Below are positions 33,323 to 46,170 of a stretch of 64,000 bases of DNA, piece after piece. How positions within the stretch are numbered: the first letter of the stretch is position 1; every line of letters starts with the position of its first letter. Under the pieces are notes generated by a model. That model saw nothing but the letters and a program-made list of their open reading frames with translations, made no database searches and was not told the origin of the DNA. Source of the DNA: Octopus sinensis (Eukaryota); NCBI RefSeq assembly GCF_006345805.1, contig NC_043007.1:22816001-22880000 (forward strand). The letters are read 5' to 3'. Both the position numbers and the translations under genes were made by a program.

Positions 33323-33597
33323 GCATATCAGCCATTTAAAGGAGATGAATTTTGGAAACAAAATCTTATATGGACCCTCGAGGACCGTATTGGACCCCGG
33401 TTGAGAACTGCTGATCTAATTAAGGTCTACCGGATCGGAAAAGGGAAGAACACACTTGATAATCTAAGTCCATGCATTTATAAAAAAAAAAAGTCGGGAT
33501 GATCATGGCTGAAAGGTCTTTGATCTTTGGTGTATTTTATCAGTGTGTGTCTGGAGTTCGACAACAGTAACAACGGTAAGAAAGACAGGGTGGTGGT

Positions 33598-33826
33598 TGA
33601 GCTGGCAGAAATGTTAGCACGCCGGGCGAAATGCGTAGCCGTATTTCGTCTGTCGTTACTTTGTGAGTTCAAATTCCGCCGAGGTCGACTTTGCCTTTCA
33701 TCCTTTCGGGGTCGATAAATTAAGTACCAGTTACGCACTGGGGTCGATATAATCGACTTAATCCATTTGTCTGTCCTTGTTTGTCCCTTCTATGTTTAGC
33801 CACTTGTGGGCAGTAAAGAAGTAGGT
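33598..33826 (+). mobile_element. SINE family B
   Basis: gagctggcagaaatgttagcacgccgggcg.. through gtaaagaagtagg. Confidence 0.9.
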
Positions 33827-33889
33827 TATCGTTGAAATGGATTTTGGATCATAGGGTTGCTCTGCTGGGACTGACCTGAGGCTATAGAA

Positions 33890-34152
33890 GAAGGAGGAGG
33901 AGGAGGAGAGGAGGAGGAGGAGGAGGAGAAGAAGAAGAAGAAGAAGAAGAAGAAGAAGAAGAAGAAGAAGAAGAAGAAGAAGAAGAAGAAGAAGGGGGAG
34001 GAGGAGGAGGGGGCGGCGGCCGAACTGGAGCTAAATAGTAACAGCAGCAGCGGCGGCGGCGCCGGAAAAAGAGAATGATCATCGTTAGAATGATTTTGAT
34101 CGCAGGTCCGCTCCATCAGGGAAGACAATGTGCAGCAGCGGCAGCAGCGGCA

Positions 34153-34210
<58 letters not shown>
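33890..34210. repeat. Compound trinucleotide microsatellites (GGA)(GAA)/(CAG)(CAA)
   Basis: Direct reading. Confidence 0.95.
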
Positions 34211-34564
34211 ATGATCATAGTTGGTAGTAGTAGCTTTAATCATAAATCTATGAGAGCTGATTTGAGATGAAACAACAACAAAACCAACAGAAGCACGTTA
34301 TCATTTTACCTAATAAATTGTTCCCTCCATCCTTTATCTCTTCTCACCATAGCCACCCGCCCAGCCACCCGCCTCCGCCCCGTCACTAGCGTACTGTGCA
34401 AAAAGTAATTAATATATCGTATCGCCTCCTCCGAAACCACAAATCAAAAGCCGCTGACATTTTTGCGGGTGAAGGTGCTGTTTAGCCGTAAGGAGCATCT
34501 AAGGTCTACCTGTCCAGGATTGGCCGCAGCCTCAGACTGGAACAAGCAAAACAATAAATGAATA

Positions 34565-34625
34565 CAGTAATCACTCGTCATATCGCGGTTCACTTATCGC
34601 GCCCTCAGCACATCGCGGATTTTTC
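34565..34625 (+). mobile_element. pogo/Tigger-like left end fragment
   Basis: ta|CAGTAATCACTCGTCATATCGCGG, similar to the 3834 TIR. Confidence 0.5.
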
Positions 34626-34693
34626 TGGCTAATATATGTAATTTATATATATATATATATATAATATATTATATATATATAATATATATGTTA

Positions 34694-35192
34694 CTAGCAG
34701 TATCGCCCGGCGTTGCTCGGGTTTGTAAGGGAAATAACTATATAAGCATTTTTAGAGAGTTATAGCCAAAAAATAGCAAAAAAAATGCATTAAAAATGGA
34801 AAACAAAATTATGGTAAATATTTTTTTAAATCGTTGACTCATCATAGACATTTTTAGAGAGTTACTTCCCTTATATAATAGCGAAAAAAATGCATTAAAA
34901 TGGAAAAAAAATGATGGTAAATTTTTTTTTAAATCGTTGACTCATGGTAGACATTTTTAGAGAGTTACTTCCCTTATATAATAGCGAAAAAATGCATTAA
35001 AATGGAAAAAAATGATGGTAAATTTTTTTAAAAATCGTAGACTCATCGTAGACGCGCGCTACAGAAGGGCTCGATATGAATCCCGACTATAAAATACCCG
35101 GTTTTGGTTAAACTGCACCGCAAAATGTGGGAGTAGTTAGGAATCTAAATCGTAGGAGACAGACAGCACACAACCTCACTTTTATATGTAAA
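34694..35192 (-). mobile_element. Non-autonomous Helitron family N1 with internal ~100-bp tandem triplication
   Basis: CTAG at 34694-97, hairpin; gacatttttagagagttacttccc..gttgactcat units repeated. Confidence 0.9.
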
Positions 35193-35489
35193 TATATGTT
35201 ATATATAACAATGATGAGATTCCACACAGTCTCCGTGTGTCAAATTCACTCACGAGGCATTGGTCGGTCCGGAGTTATTGTAGAAAATAGATAACAATTT
35301 TGTTCACCATCCAGCTATATCCGAAGCAAGGGTTTCTATTGACTTTGGACCCATTCCAAGTGACTTCGTGGTAGTCCTTATGCCGTCCTCAAACCTCATT
35401 TTCAGGTTTACACCGATTGCATTTCCCCTCTGCAAGCTTGCCGTAAAACAGCTGTTTGGGTGTACGTTCATCCGCCATTCAAGCAACAT

Positions 35490-36198
35490 GAATACATACA
35501 TACATTCATACATACATACATTCATACATACATACATACATACATACATACATACATACATACATACATACATACATACATACTTACATACATACATACA
35601 TACATACATACGTACATACATACATACATACATACATACACACACACACATACATACATACATACATGCATACACATACATACATACATACATACACACA
35701 TTCATACATACATACGTACATACATACATACATACATACACACACACATACATACATACATACATGCATACACATACATACATACATACATACACACATA
35801 CATACATACATACATACATACATACATACATACATACATACACACATTCATACATACATACATACACGCATACACATACATACATACATGCATACTTACA
35901 TACATACATACATACATACACGCATACACACACATACATACATACATGCATACACACACATACATACATACATACATACATACATACATACATACATACA
36001 TACATACATACACACACTACATACATACATACATACATACATACATACACACACTACATAATGCATACATACATACATACATACATACATACATACATAC
36101 ATACATACATACATACATACACACACATACATACATACATACATACATACATACATACATACATACATACATACATACATACATACATACATACGTAC
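35490..36198. repeat. (TACA)n microsatellite, ~700 bp
   Basis: Direct reading. Confidence 0.98.
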
Positions 36199-36438
36199 AT
36201 TCTTATATATCATTATAATAAAGGATAAAATCTATGATTTTATCAAGTAGCTAGCATGTAAAAAACCATTTCGGTAAAAATTAATACAAATATATAATTT
36301 TATAAACATAACTATAAATTTATAACACAGGCAACTATTGAGTAATGCCACACGCTAGAAGACGCCAAATGACACTAACACTACCTTATTTATTACATAT
36401 ATGTATCAAAAGAAAAACAGGAGGACGCAAAGGATTTT

Positions 36439-36527
36439 GCGGTACATATGTTTCGGGCTTTATTGAACAACTTATATATCAATGCATAATTGATATAACA
36501 GGTAGATCAAGAGCCTTCTTCAGCCGC
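36439..36527 (-). ncRNA. Type-I hammerhead ribozyme motif
   Basis: On -: stem I GCGG/CCGC, CTGAAGA, stem II (A.C mismatch)+GGCT/AGCC extended by TTGA/TCAA, GAAA, palindromic stem III ACATATGT, GUA triplet. Confidence 0.7.
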
Positions 36528-36998
36528 GTACAATTACCACACCAAAGACATGTATCGCATTATAACAGGTTTGAGAAAGAGTTTGAGAAAAAACCGAGTT
36601 TCATTGGGAAAGTAAATCATCATAGTCGTATATTGCGAGATTCCAAAACAAATCTTCCATACCGTTTTTTCACTCAATAAAGAATCTTATTTATTCCATA
36701 GATATTTTATACACTGTTGATACGTTGTGTTCGTATGGTATGTATAAATGTTATAATTATGTACCTTCGGTTATATCAAACTAGGGATGGTAAAGGGTAT
36801 TACATACCTAAACCAGAATCGATCTATGGCTAAACTTTAAAAAAAAAACTTTTTTGTTCATTCCCTTGCTTTTACCCCGTGCCTATGTGATTAAATAAGG
36901 TAGTTTTAGAGCCATTTGGAGTCTTCTAGAATGTGGCGTTACTCAGAAGTTGCTCTAAATATAATTTTATAATTACATTTATAAAATGAAATACTTTG

Positions 36999-37055
<57 letters not shown>

Positions 37056-37058
<3 letters not shown>

Positions 37059-37170
37059 TACTCTCTCCGCATATATTCTTTCTGCCGAAGAGCATATGCT
37101 CGAAACGTATAAAACTACTAACTTGCCTGAGCTTAAACTCCCTCTCTTTTTCTGTCTGTCTGTCCGTCTC
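37056..37170 (+). mobile_element. Family H1 hammerhead-like repeat, degenerate
   Basis: TTT-CTGCCGA-A-GAGC(ATAT)GCTC-GAAACGTA..ctgagc, after (TG)n. Confidence 0.55.
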
Positions 37171-37645
37171 TCTCTCTCTCTCTCCCTATATATACACACA
37201 CACACATATACACACACATTCATACAGGCACACACACACAACTACTATCACCACCACAGGCAATAGTCAACGCTATAATCGCCACTATCACAACCACTAC
37301 CACTACCACAACCACTACCACTAACACCATCGTCATGAAAACCACACTCACTTGGGACAACCAATACGATTATCCCAACTACGACCCCCTACAAATTGCA
37401 GCACCACCACTACCACCCCTGTACAATTCCCTGACCCCTACAAAGACCATCCTCTCCACCTTCATTACCCCCGCTGTAGTCGGGTCTTATGCGAAAACCC
37501 TGGCGATGAAATGAAATCCTAATGACCCACATACATGCAAAAAAAAAGACAGTTTATGATGTAAAAGAATATTTATAGCCCGCCTGCCCAACCCCACCAC
37601 CAGAGCAAAATGTTTGGTTGTCAGCTGGTTGTGTTTCCTATTGCA

Positions 37646-37982
<337 letters not shown>

Positions 37983-38038
37983 CATACATGCATATGAATA
38001 TGCACATGTATATGTATGCATGTGTACGTATATAAATA

Positions 38039-38080
<42 letters not shown>

Positions 38081-38689
38081 TATACACACGCGAACACACA
38101 TGTGTATATATATACACACAAACACACATATACATATATGTGTGTATCTTTATGAATGTATGTGTATGCATATATGCGTGAGTTTATTTGCCTATTTACT
38201 ATCACCATCACTACACACTATTGTCTCTCTCTCCTCTCTCTCTCTCTAAATATATATATACGCACATATATACATATGTATATGTATATATGCATATATA
38301 TTATATATATATGTATATACAGATATATATATATATATATATATATGTATTATACGTATGTAGATATATATGTGTCATTGGTATGCGTATTTTACAGAGG
38401 CATACATATATGGATACAGACATAGACGCGTACACGCGCATGTACTCAGTCACACACACACACACACACACACACACCACAAACACACACACACACACAC
38501 ACATTTAATATCGCACCGCAGCTGACAATATCTATTTGCATGCTCCGATAGAAACCGCGGAATAATATTACATTAAACTTGAGAAATAATTATGTTCGTT
38601 TGTAAGAGACACGAAAGATCAGTGACCGAGGTTTCAATTCCACATCGTTGACAAGATCTGGGATTTATTTGTTTCATTTTCTTCAAAAT

Positions 38690-38706
38690 ATTATTATTAC
38701 TACTAC

Positions 38707-38745
<39 letters not shown>

Positions 38746-38781
38746 TACTATTATTATTATTATTATTATTATTACTATTAC

Positions 38782-38817
<36 letters not shown>

Positions 38818-38893
38818 TACTATTATTATTATTATTATTATTTTTACTATTACTATTATTATTATTATTATTATTATTACTATTACTATTATT
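38690..38893. repeat. (TAT)n/(TAC) microsatellite
   Basis: Direct reading. Confidence 0.97.
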
Positions 38894-38896
38894 AGT

Positions 38897-39240
38897 GAAG
38901 GCGCATGGCTCAGTGGTTAGAGCGTCGAGCTTACGATCGTAAGGTTGTGATCTCGAATCCCGGACCGGGCTGCGTGTTGTGTTCTCGAGCAAGGCACTTT
39001 ATTTCATGTTGCTCCAGTTCACTCAGCTGTAGAAATGAGTTGCGACGTCACTGGTGCCAAGCTGTATCGACCTTTGTCTTTCCCTTGGATAACACTGGTG
39101 GCGTGGAGAGGGGAGGCTGGTATGCATGGGCGACTGCTGGCCTTCCATAAAAACAACCTTGCCCAGACTTGTGTCTAGGAGGGTAACTTTCTAGGTGCAA
39201 TCCCATGGTCATTCATGACCGAAGGGGGTCTTTACCCTTT
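38897..39240 (+). mobile_element. SINE family C (tRNA-derived head)
   Basis: gaaggcgcatggctcagtggttag (A box), tcgaatcc (B box), then tgttctcgagcaaggcacttt domain. Confidence 0.88.
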
Positions 39241-39445
39241 ACTATTATTATTATTATTATTATTACTATTACTATTACTATTATTATTATTATTATTATT
39301 ATTACTATTACTATTACTATTACTATTATTATTATTATTACTATTACTATTACTATTATTACTATTATTATTATTATTATTACTATTATTACTATTACTA
39401 TTATTATTATTACTACTATTATTTTATTATTATTATTATTATTAA

Positions 39446-39484
<39 letters not shown>

Positions 39485-39501
39485 TACTATTACTATTACT
39501 A

Positions 39502-39593
<92 letters not shown>
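39241..39593. repeat. (TAT)n/(TAC) microsatellite
   Basis: Direct reading. Confidence 0.97.
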
Positions 39594-39649
39594 TGTGGAG
39601 GCGCTTCTGAGCGAAAAAATTAAATTAACTTAAATTAACTTAACTGACA

Positions 39650-40127
39650 GGCCTCGACTATTGGGGTCGACTAGAAAAGCTAAAACTTTATTCTCTCCAA
39701 CGTCGCCGTGAGCGCTACATCATCTGCATTATGTGGAAAATATTCCATCAGCATTGCCCAAATGATGTTGGCATCACCTTTTAGGTACATCCAAGGCTTG
39801 GGCCCCGTGCCATCCGCCCACAACAAAAATCGCACTCTCATCTCATAACAACAATACGGCACAATTATTTCACCTCAATTGGCCCCGCTCTCTTTTACAT
39901 TACACCAAAACTCATTAAAACAGAAACAGACAGATTCCTTCAAGAAATCCCGGATAAACCCCCTACACCCGGATATGTCTCTGTAAACAATAACTCTCTA
40001 CCTGAGTGGGCCATAGTGCCCAAATTCTGACTTGAAAGACTTCACCAGGTGGTGCTATTAAGTTAGACATGGCCTGGGCCAATAATAGCCGAAATCTATC
40101 AAAGTATCAAAGTATCAAAGTAACTAA
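39650..40127 (+). pseudogene. CR1-group LINE 3' end
   Basis: One frame from 39656: DYWGRLEKLKLYSLQRRRERYIICIMWKIF..*..RHNYFTSIGPALF..DRFLQEIPDKPPTPGY..NNSLPEW; stop at 40028; tail (TATCAAAG)n. Confidence 0.88.
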
Positions 40128-40574
40128 ACTTAACTTAGAAACCGGGAAACCGGGCCCATGAACCTGACTAGGCTTTAAAAGGGCGCATTTATTTTATTTG
40201 AGGGTTGTTGTTACACTCTCTTCGACTAATTCTTCAGTTGAGAATCTCACCCCAAATGTGCCACAGCGACTCCCACGGGTGACGTAAGTTTTTATTCCCC
40301 AGACTTGCCTTAAGCATTTTTCAATCTAGGCTTGCGTCACTAAATTTTGATGAAATACACTCGTAGATAATTGCGTTTTTTTTCCCCTAGTATCTTCTCG
40401 TATTCCCTTTTGTGCGTTTGGTAATATTATTCTGCCATTCTTTGTCAAGTGCGCTTTGGTGTCACTTAACGGTTTTTCCAGTCGACAACACACTTTGTTT
40501 GCACAAAACTAACCGTTCCCATTTTGTTTAGAAATAAGAACGGCCAGTGTCCGCTGTATTAATGTTTCTGCGAG

Positions 40575-40985
40575 TGGTTGCGGTGGTAGTGGTGGTGGTG
40601 GTGGTGGTGGTGGCGGTGGAGGTGGTGGAGGTGGTGATGGTGGTGGTGGTAGTGGAGGTGGTGGTTGCAGCGATGACAGTGATGGGTATGGTAGTGGTGA
40701 TGGTGGTAGTGGTGGTGGTGGTGGTAGTGGTTTTGGTGGTGGTGGTGGCTGCGGCGGTGGTAGTGGTAGTGGTGGTGGTGGCGGCGGCGGTGGTGGTGGT
40801 TTTGGTGGTGGTGGTTGTGGCGGCGGTGGTTGTGGTGGCGGCGGCGGTGGTGCTGGTGGTAGTGGTGGTGGTGGTAGTGGTGGTGGTGGTGGTGGTTTTG
40901 GTGGTGGTTGTGGCGGCGGTGGTTGTGGTAGTGGTGGTGGCGGCGGTGGTGGTGGAGGTGGCTGTGTTCTCGTTAGCGTTGTTGT
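40575..40985. repeat. Degenerate (GGT)n microsatellite
   Basis: Direct reading. Confidence 0.95.
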
Positions 40986-41085
40986 TGTTGTTAGCTGTCA
41001 TTGTTTTCTTGTTGTTCCTGTGATGTCGATGTTGACATTTTTAGTAGTGGTAAGTTAGCTGTTGTTGCTGCTGTTGTTGTTCTGT

Positions 41086-41407
41086 GAAGGCGCGTGGCTT
41101 AGTGGTTAGGGCATTCGGCTCACGGTCGTAAGGTCGCGAGTTCAATTCCCGGCGACGCGTTGTGTCCTTGAGCAAGACACTTTACTTCACGTTGCTCCAG
41201 TCCACTCAGCTGGCAAAAATGCGTTGTACCTGTATTTCAAAGGGACGGCCTTGTCACACTCTGTGTCGCACTGAATCTCCCTGAGAACTACGTTAAGGGT
41301 ACACGTGTCTGTGGAATGCTCAGCCACTTGCAGGTTAATTTCACGAGCAAGCTGTTCCGTTGATCGTATCAGCTGGGACCCTCGTCGTCGCAACCGACGG
41401 AGTGCTC
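41086..41407 (+). mobile_element. SINE family C
   Basis: gaaggcgcgtggcttagtggttag..gagttcaattccc..tgtccttgagcaagacacttt. Confidence 0.88.
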
Positions 41408-41761
41408 CTGTTGTTTTTGTTGTTGCTGTTGTTGTTACTGCTATTGCTGCTGTCTCAACTACAACAACAACAACAACAACAACAACAAGAACAACAACAA
41501 TGCCCTGAAGCAGTACCAGGCGGTGACTTTCATGGCTTCTGATCTTAACTGATTGGAAGTGTTATCATGTACATTGTTTTGTCTTGGTATAAAAGATGGG
41601 CTACAGCAAATATTCTGCTACGTTAAGGGTACACGTGTCTGTGGAATGCTCTCAACTAAAGGCGACCGACAACAGTTCAATTAGTTCAGTTTCAATGATA
41701 TTACTTGAAAAGAAAAAAATGGAGAAATGTTTTGCGAAAAAAAAAAAAAAAAAGAAACAGC

Positions 41762-41876
41762 GGATCTTTTCACTTCGACCGGTACATTTAAAAAATAGTT
41801 ATTTGTAACTAAACACTATTAAACTTCGTATACTGGTAGAATGTGTTACATAAAATATCTTTTATTGAAAAGATCC
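41762..41876. mobile_element. GGATC-family mini-MITE (115 bp) with perfect 8-bp TSD
   Basis: GGATCTTTTCA..TGAAAAGATCC; GAAACAGC at 41754-61 and 41877-84. Confidence 0.92.
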
Positions 41877-41944
41877 GAAACAGCAAGCCTTAAAATCGGT
41901 TTTGGCAAATCGGTTTCGGTTTTACTGATCATAATATAAAACCG

Positions 41945-42110
41945 GTTTCGAGGCCTACTACTACCAAATCAGGTCTTCCAGCTTCTATTACTCTGTCAGT
42001 CTGAATGTTAAAGTCCCACATCTTGTATCTTTTACTTTCTAGTACTTTACTAGGTTCATGTTCATACCATTTGTCAGTATGTTCAAATCCTAGCTTTCTA
42101 CAAAACACAT
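41945..42110 (-). pseudogene. R4/Dong-like REL-endonuclease LINE fragment
   Basis: KWYEHEPSKVLE..MWDFNIQTDRVIEAGRPDLVVV, the typical pre-PD..D region of REL retrotransposons. Confidence 0.8.
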
Positions 42111-42341
42111 GTACGCGCCGAAGGACGCACATATATCGTCACACACACAACCTCATCACACAACCCGACACACACACACATACACACGCACATACACACA
42201 CGCACACGTACTCACACACACCTGCGCACATACTGACGCACGCACGCACACCACACACAAAACACACACAGAGCATATACATAGACGCATACACATACAT
42301 GCACACACATAGACATGCTTCAAACTGCCAGTCACCTTTCT

Positions 42342-42740
42342 TATTTCTAAACACAGAGGGGACAAACAAGGACAGACAAACGGACTAAGTCGATTATAGC
42401 GACCCCAGTGCGTAACTGGTACTTATTTAATCGACCCCGAAAGGATGAAAGGTAAAGTCGACCTCGGTGGAATTTGAACTCAGAACATAAAGACAGACGA
42501 AATATCTATTTCTTTACTACCCACAAGGGGCTAAACGCTGAGAGGACAAACAAGGACAGACAAATGGATTAAGTCGATTATATCGACTCCAGTGCGAAAC
42601 GTACTTTATTTATCGACCCCGAAAGGATGAAAGGCAAATTCGACCTCGGAGGAATTTGAACTCAGAACGTAGCGGCAGACGAAATACCGCTAAGCATTTC
42701 GCCCGGCGTGCTAACGTTTCTGCCAGCTCGCCGCCTTATT
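42342..42740 (-). mobile_element. SINE family B dimer with TSD
   Basis: Two cores; gcca(a)gtcacctttct at 42327-41 and 42742-57. Confidence 0.9.
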
Positions 42741-43071
42741 GGCCAAGTCACCTTTCTACTGACCATTCCTCTAGGCTCATGTAAAAAAAAAAAACAACTA
42801 CACAAAAACCACCACTCCTGTAACCATGTTGCTGAATCCTTCCTACAACATTAACAGGCACAAATTTCACTCACACATACATATATAGACAACCAACACT
42901 GCACACACAATACATACACACACACACACACATACACACACACACATACACACACATGCTACTACATACACATGCACACACGCACTTCGCGTACGCACAT
43001 TCCCACACCTACACGCAGACACCTCGTTCTCTTACACTCTCCCGTCTTAGAAAGAACTTTTTCTTCACCCA

Positions 43072-43538
43072 TTCTCTTCCAGTCATTTCAAAATGAAACT
43101 ATGTGTATCTATTTTTTCTCTCTCTCTCTTTTACTGTGGTCATGCTGGAGCACCGCCTTAGGTCGAGCAAATCGACCCAAGGACTTATTCTTTGTAAGCC
43201 TAGTACTTATTCCATCGGTCTCTTTTGCCGAACCGCTAAGTAACGGGGACGTAAACGCACCACCATCGGTTATCAAGCGATGTTGGCGGGACAAACACAG
43301 ACACCCAAACATATACACACACACACATACATACATACATACATATATAATACATACATACATATACATATATACGACGGGCTTCTTTCAGTTTCCGTCT
43401 ACCAAATCCACTCACAAGGCTTTGGTTGGCCCGAGGCTATAGCAGAAGACACTTGCCGAAGGTGCCACGCAGTGGGATTGAACCCGGAACCATGTGGTTG
43501 ATAAGCAAGCTACTTACCACATAGCCGCTCCTGCGTCT
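43072..43538 (-). mobile_element. SINE family A
   Basis: Full head to tail, with a small insert in the tail. Confidence 0.9.
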
Positions 43539-43730
43539 ATATCGTTGGCGATTTTTTTCCTTCTGTCTTCTTGTTTTCTTGGACTTTCCTCCATCTCCTG
43601 TTCCTGAAGAAGAGCTTTGCTCGAAACATAAAACTACCTTTCTTTCCTTCACTGAGCGTCTGATAATACTTTGCTTGTACCACGTGCTCGCGTTGTTGTT
43701 CTTTTTTTTTTATCGTGTTTTTGTTTTGAT
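43530..43730 (+). mobile_element. Family H1 hammerhead-like repeat
   Basis: GTTC-CTGAAGA-A-GAGC(TTT)GCTC-GAAAC-ATA-AAAC at 43600-43634, followed by ctgagcgt..taatac; ends at (TA)n. Confidence 0.65.
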
Positions 43731-44005
43731 GAATTATATATATTATATATTATATATATATAGATATATATATATATATATATATATATAATAATAAATA
43801 TTAGGGAATAAATCCAAATTTACAGGGAAAAAAATCAGATTTAGGATTAAATCCAATTTTATAGTAAAATATTATAAAATATTATTAGAGACAAAACCAC
43901 TATTTTGCAAAACAAACAAGGAAAGACTTAATCAATACTAAAATTTTATGTATTGATTAAGTCTTTCCTTGTTTGTTTTGCAAAATAGTGGTTTTGTCTC
44001 TAATA

Positions 44006-44085
<80 letters not shown>

Positions 44086-44104
44086 AATATATATTACCGT
44101 TTAT

Positions 44105-44331
44105 GTTTTACTCTTTTACTTGTTTCAGTTATTTGACTGCGGTCATGCTGGGGCAACACCTTGAAGGATTTTTAGTCGAATAAACCAACTCCACTACTTA
44201 TTTAAGCTTGATATTTATTCTGTCGGTTTCTTTTGTCGAACCGCATATTTACAGGGACATAAACACAGCAATACCTGTTGCCAAGCGGGGGTGAGGGACA
44301 AACACACACACGCTCACACACACACACATAC

Positions 44332-44423
<92 letters not shown>

Positions 44424-44683
44424 GCGTGCGTGTATGTATGTATATATATAATACAAAATGGGAGAAGAACGAAAAACATCCGGACAGCTAGGTGATACAA
44501 AAATGGGACAATACATCCAGATAGACGATATAAAGAAAACAAGGACGGGTCATTCGAAGTTTTCTTTCCTCAATCAAGTACCAGATTATCTTCGCGATTT
44601 CGGCTGATTATACTTGAGAGTGCTCCAATCTGGCCAGCCTCGAAGAAAAACTAAGCTAAGAGCATTAGATTCCTTGAGTCCAT

Positions 44684-44726
<43 letters not shown>

Positions 44727-44885
44727 TATATATGATGGACTTTTTTCAGCTTCCGTCTACCAAATCCACTCATAAGGCTTTGGTCAGCCTGAGGCTATAG
44801 TAGAAGACACTTGCTCAAGGTGCCACACCATGGGACTGAACTAAGAACCATGTGGTAGGGTAACGAACTTCTTACTACACAGCCA
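44105..44885 (-). mobile_element. SINE family A split by a ~230-bp insert in its microsatellite
   Basis: Tail 44105-44310, head 44735-44885, unrelated insert ~44450-44680. Confidence 0.8.
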
Positions 44886-44988
44886 CTACACACACACACA
44901 TACATACACAGCATAGGCCACACACACACACACATATACATACATGCATATATTTACATACATTCATAGATACACACAAACACAACAC

Positions 44989-45020
<32 letters not shown>

Positions 45021-45210
45021 ACACACACACACACACCACACACACACATTCACACACAGAAAATAAGAAAATAAATGAAAATTACGAATAAATCGATATA
45101 ATTTGTATTGCTGAAATTTCTTACTGCTCGGTTTCGATGAAGATGTAGGAATATTTACAAAAGATCTCTGAAAAATACAAGCTAAAAAATGACCAATATA
45201 TTGATATTAC

Positions 45211-46170
45211 TCAATTTGGCGATCGGTTTAGATATACTTTTCGGTAGATGTTTGAAGTATAGCACAGATCTAACTGATAGTAAGATTCTCGTTCAGTCTT
45301 CAAAGTCATTTTGAAGTTGTCATCTAAATGATTAAGTTTCTCTTTTAACTTGGCAAATGTCATCCGCGTACTTGGACTCGAGACCAATTCTTCGGAAACA
45401 TTTGATGTCAAAACTTCCAAACTGTAATGTATTTTGTCATATAACAGCATTGTATTACGGTCTCCCATACCGAGGGATACTTTCTCATCTAGATAGATCT
45501 TGCAAACCATTAGATATAGAAAAAGGGGTGTTAGAACAGCAGGAACTTTCTGATAGTTTCTGATATGCGGGTGGGTTGTTTTGGCAAACAGCGGCTGTTG
45601 TTGACTTTCTGAGAAAATGTCTATAAGTTTCTGAATAGCTCTAGTTTTGTAAAATTGTTGTGTCTGTGAGCTGAAATATTTCTCAGCCATTGTCTTTGTT
45701 TGCAATAATCTTTGAAGAACAGTCGAAGGTTCTGTATCATATTTATTTGTCCAATTTACATTACGCTTATCTTTTATGTCACCCCTTCCTTGTCGTCTGC
45801 TTATATCAGCTCCATTTTTAACTTTTTCCGCACATGCTTTCTCTGTGTATTTATCATCATGCACAGAAGTATTCCGGTTCACATTCCATGACCCTTTTCT
45901 GTCACCGTTTTGTCGTCTGCTTCTATCGGCTGCATTATTCACTTTTTCCGCGCAAGCTTTCTCTGTGTATTTATCATTTTGACTAAACTGTTTTTTTGGT
46001 TTACTTTTAGTTGTGTCGAAATGTTGAGATAAACGCTTTGCGTCAGGGCTGTGGATATTAAAACTTGTAAGAATTTCTTTGTGCAACTGCGCTAAAGGTT
46101 TCTCAAATTTTCTGCTTTGCTTCGATGTAATTGGTTGGTACTGAGATGGTGCTACACCCAATGTCCTCAT
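45211..46170 (-). CDS. Hypothetical 319-aa protein with a 2x40-aa internal repeat (orphan)
   Basis: Long uninterrupted ORF in AT-rich unique DNA; the repeat copies differ by an in-frame 3-nt indel. It may be a terminal exon (ctttcatag acceptor-like just before the ATG). No family recognised. Confidence 0.65.
   Translation of the reverse strand: MRTLGVAPSQYQPITSKQSRKFEKPLAQLHKEILTSFNIHSPDAKRLSQHFDTTKSKPKKQFSQNDKYTEKACAEKVNNAADRSRRQNGDRKGSWNVNRNTSVHDDKYTEKACAEKVKNGADISRRQGRGDIKDKRNVNWTNKYDTEPSTVLQRLLQTKTMAEKYFSSQTQQFYKTRAIQKLIDIFSESQQQPLFAKTTHPHIRNYQKVPAVLTPLFLYLMVCKIYLDEKVSLGMGDRNTMLLYDKIHYSLEVLTSNVSEELVSSPSTRMTFAKLKEKLNHLDDNFKMTLKTERESYYQLDLCYTSNIYRKVYLNRSPN

Noticed and set aside
30198-33412. 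A single 3.2-kb hAT composite bounded by ends at 30198 and ~33410
   Set aside because: The 8-bp flanks do not match and the termini differ, so they are treated as unrelated fragments.
35304-36228. 248-286-aa HTYI/MYVC ORFs
   Set aside because: (TACA)n microsatellite artefacts; the same applies to 46905-48405 and 37610-38181.
36345-36680. 111-aa ORF on +
   Set aside because: No recognisable domain; it overlaps the antisense hammerhead element and is probably incidental.
40528-41023. Thr-rich mucin-like and Val-rich ORFs
   Set aside because: Degenerate (GGT)n tract with no signal peptide or splice context. Poly-N/I/L ORFs at 38573-39633 and poly-C/F/S at 33826-34218 were rejected likewise.
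41086-41160. tRNA gene
   Set aside because: A/B boxes are present, but the T and acceptor stems do not pair and the sequence continues into a SINE body; same for 38897.
44590-44645. Hammerhead on - (GGCTG/CAGCC stem, GAAA, TCGCGA palindrome)
   Set aside because: No CUGANGA box, no UH triplet and no stem I; only a family consensus could rescue it.
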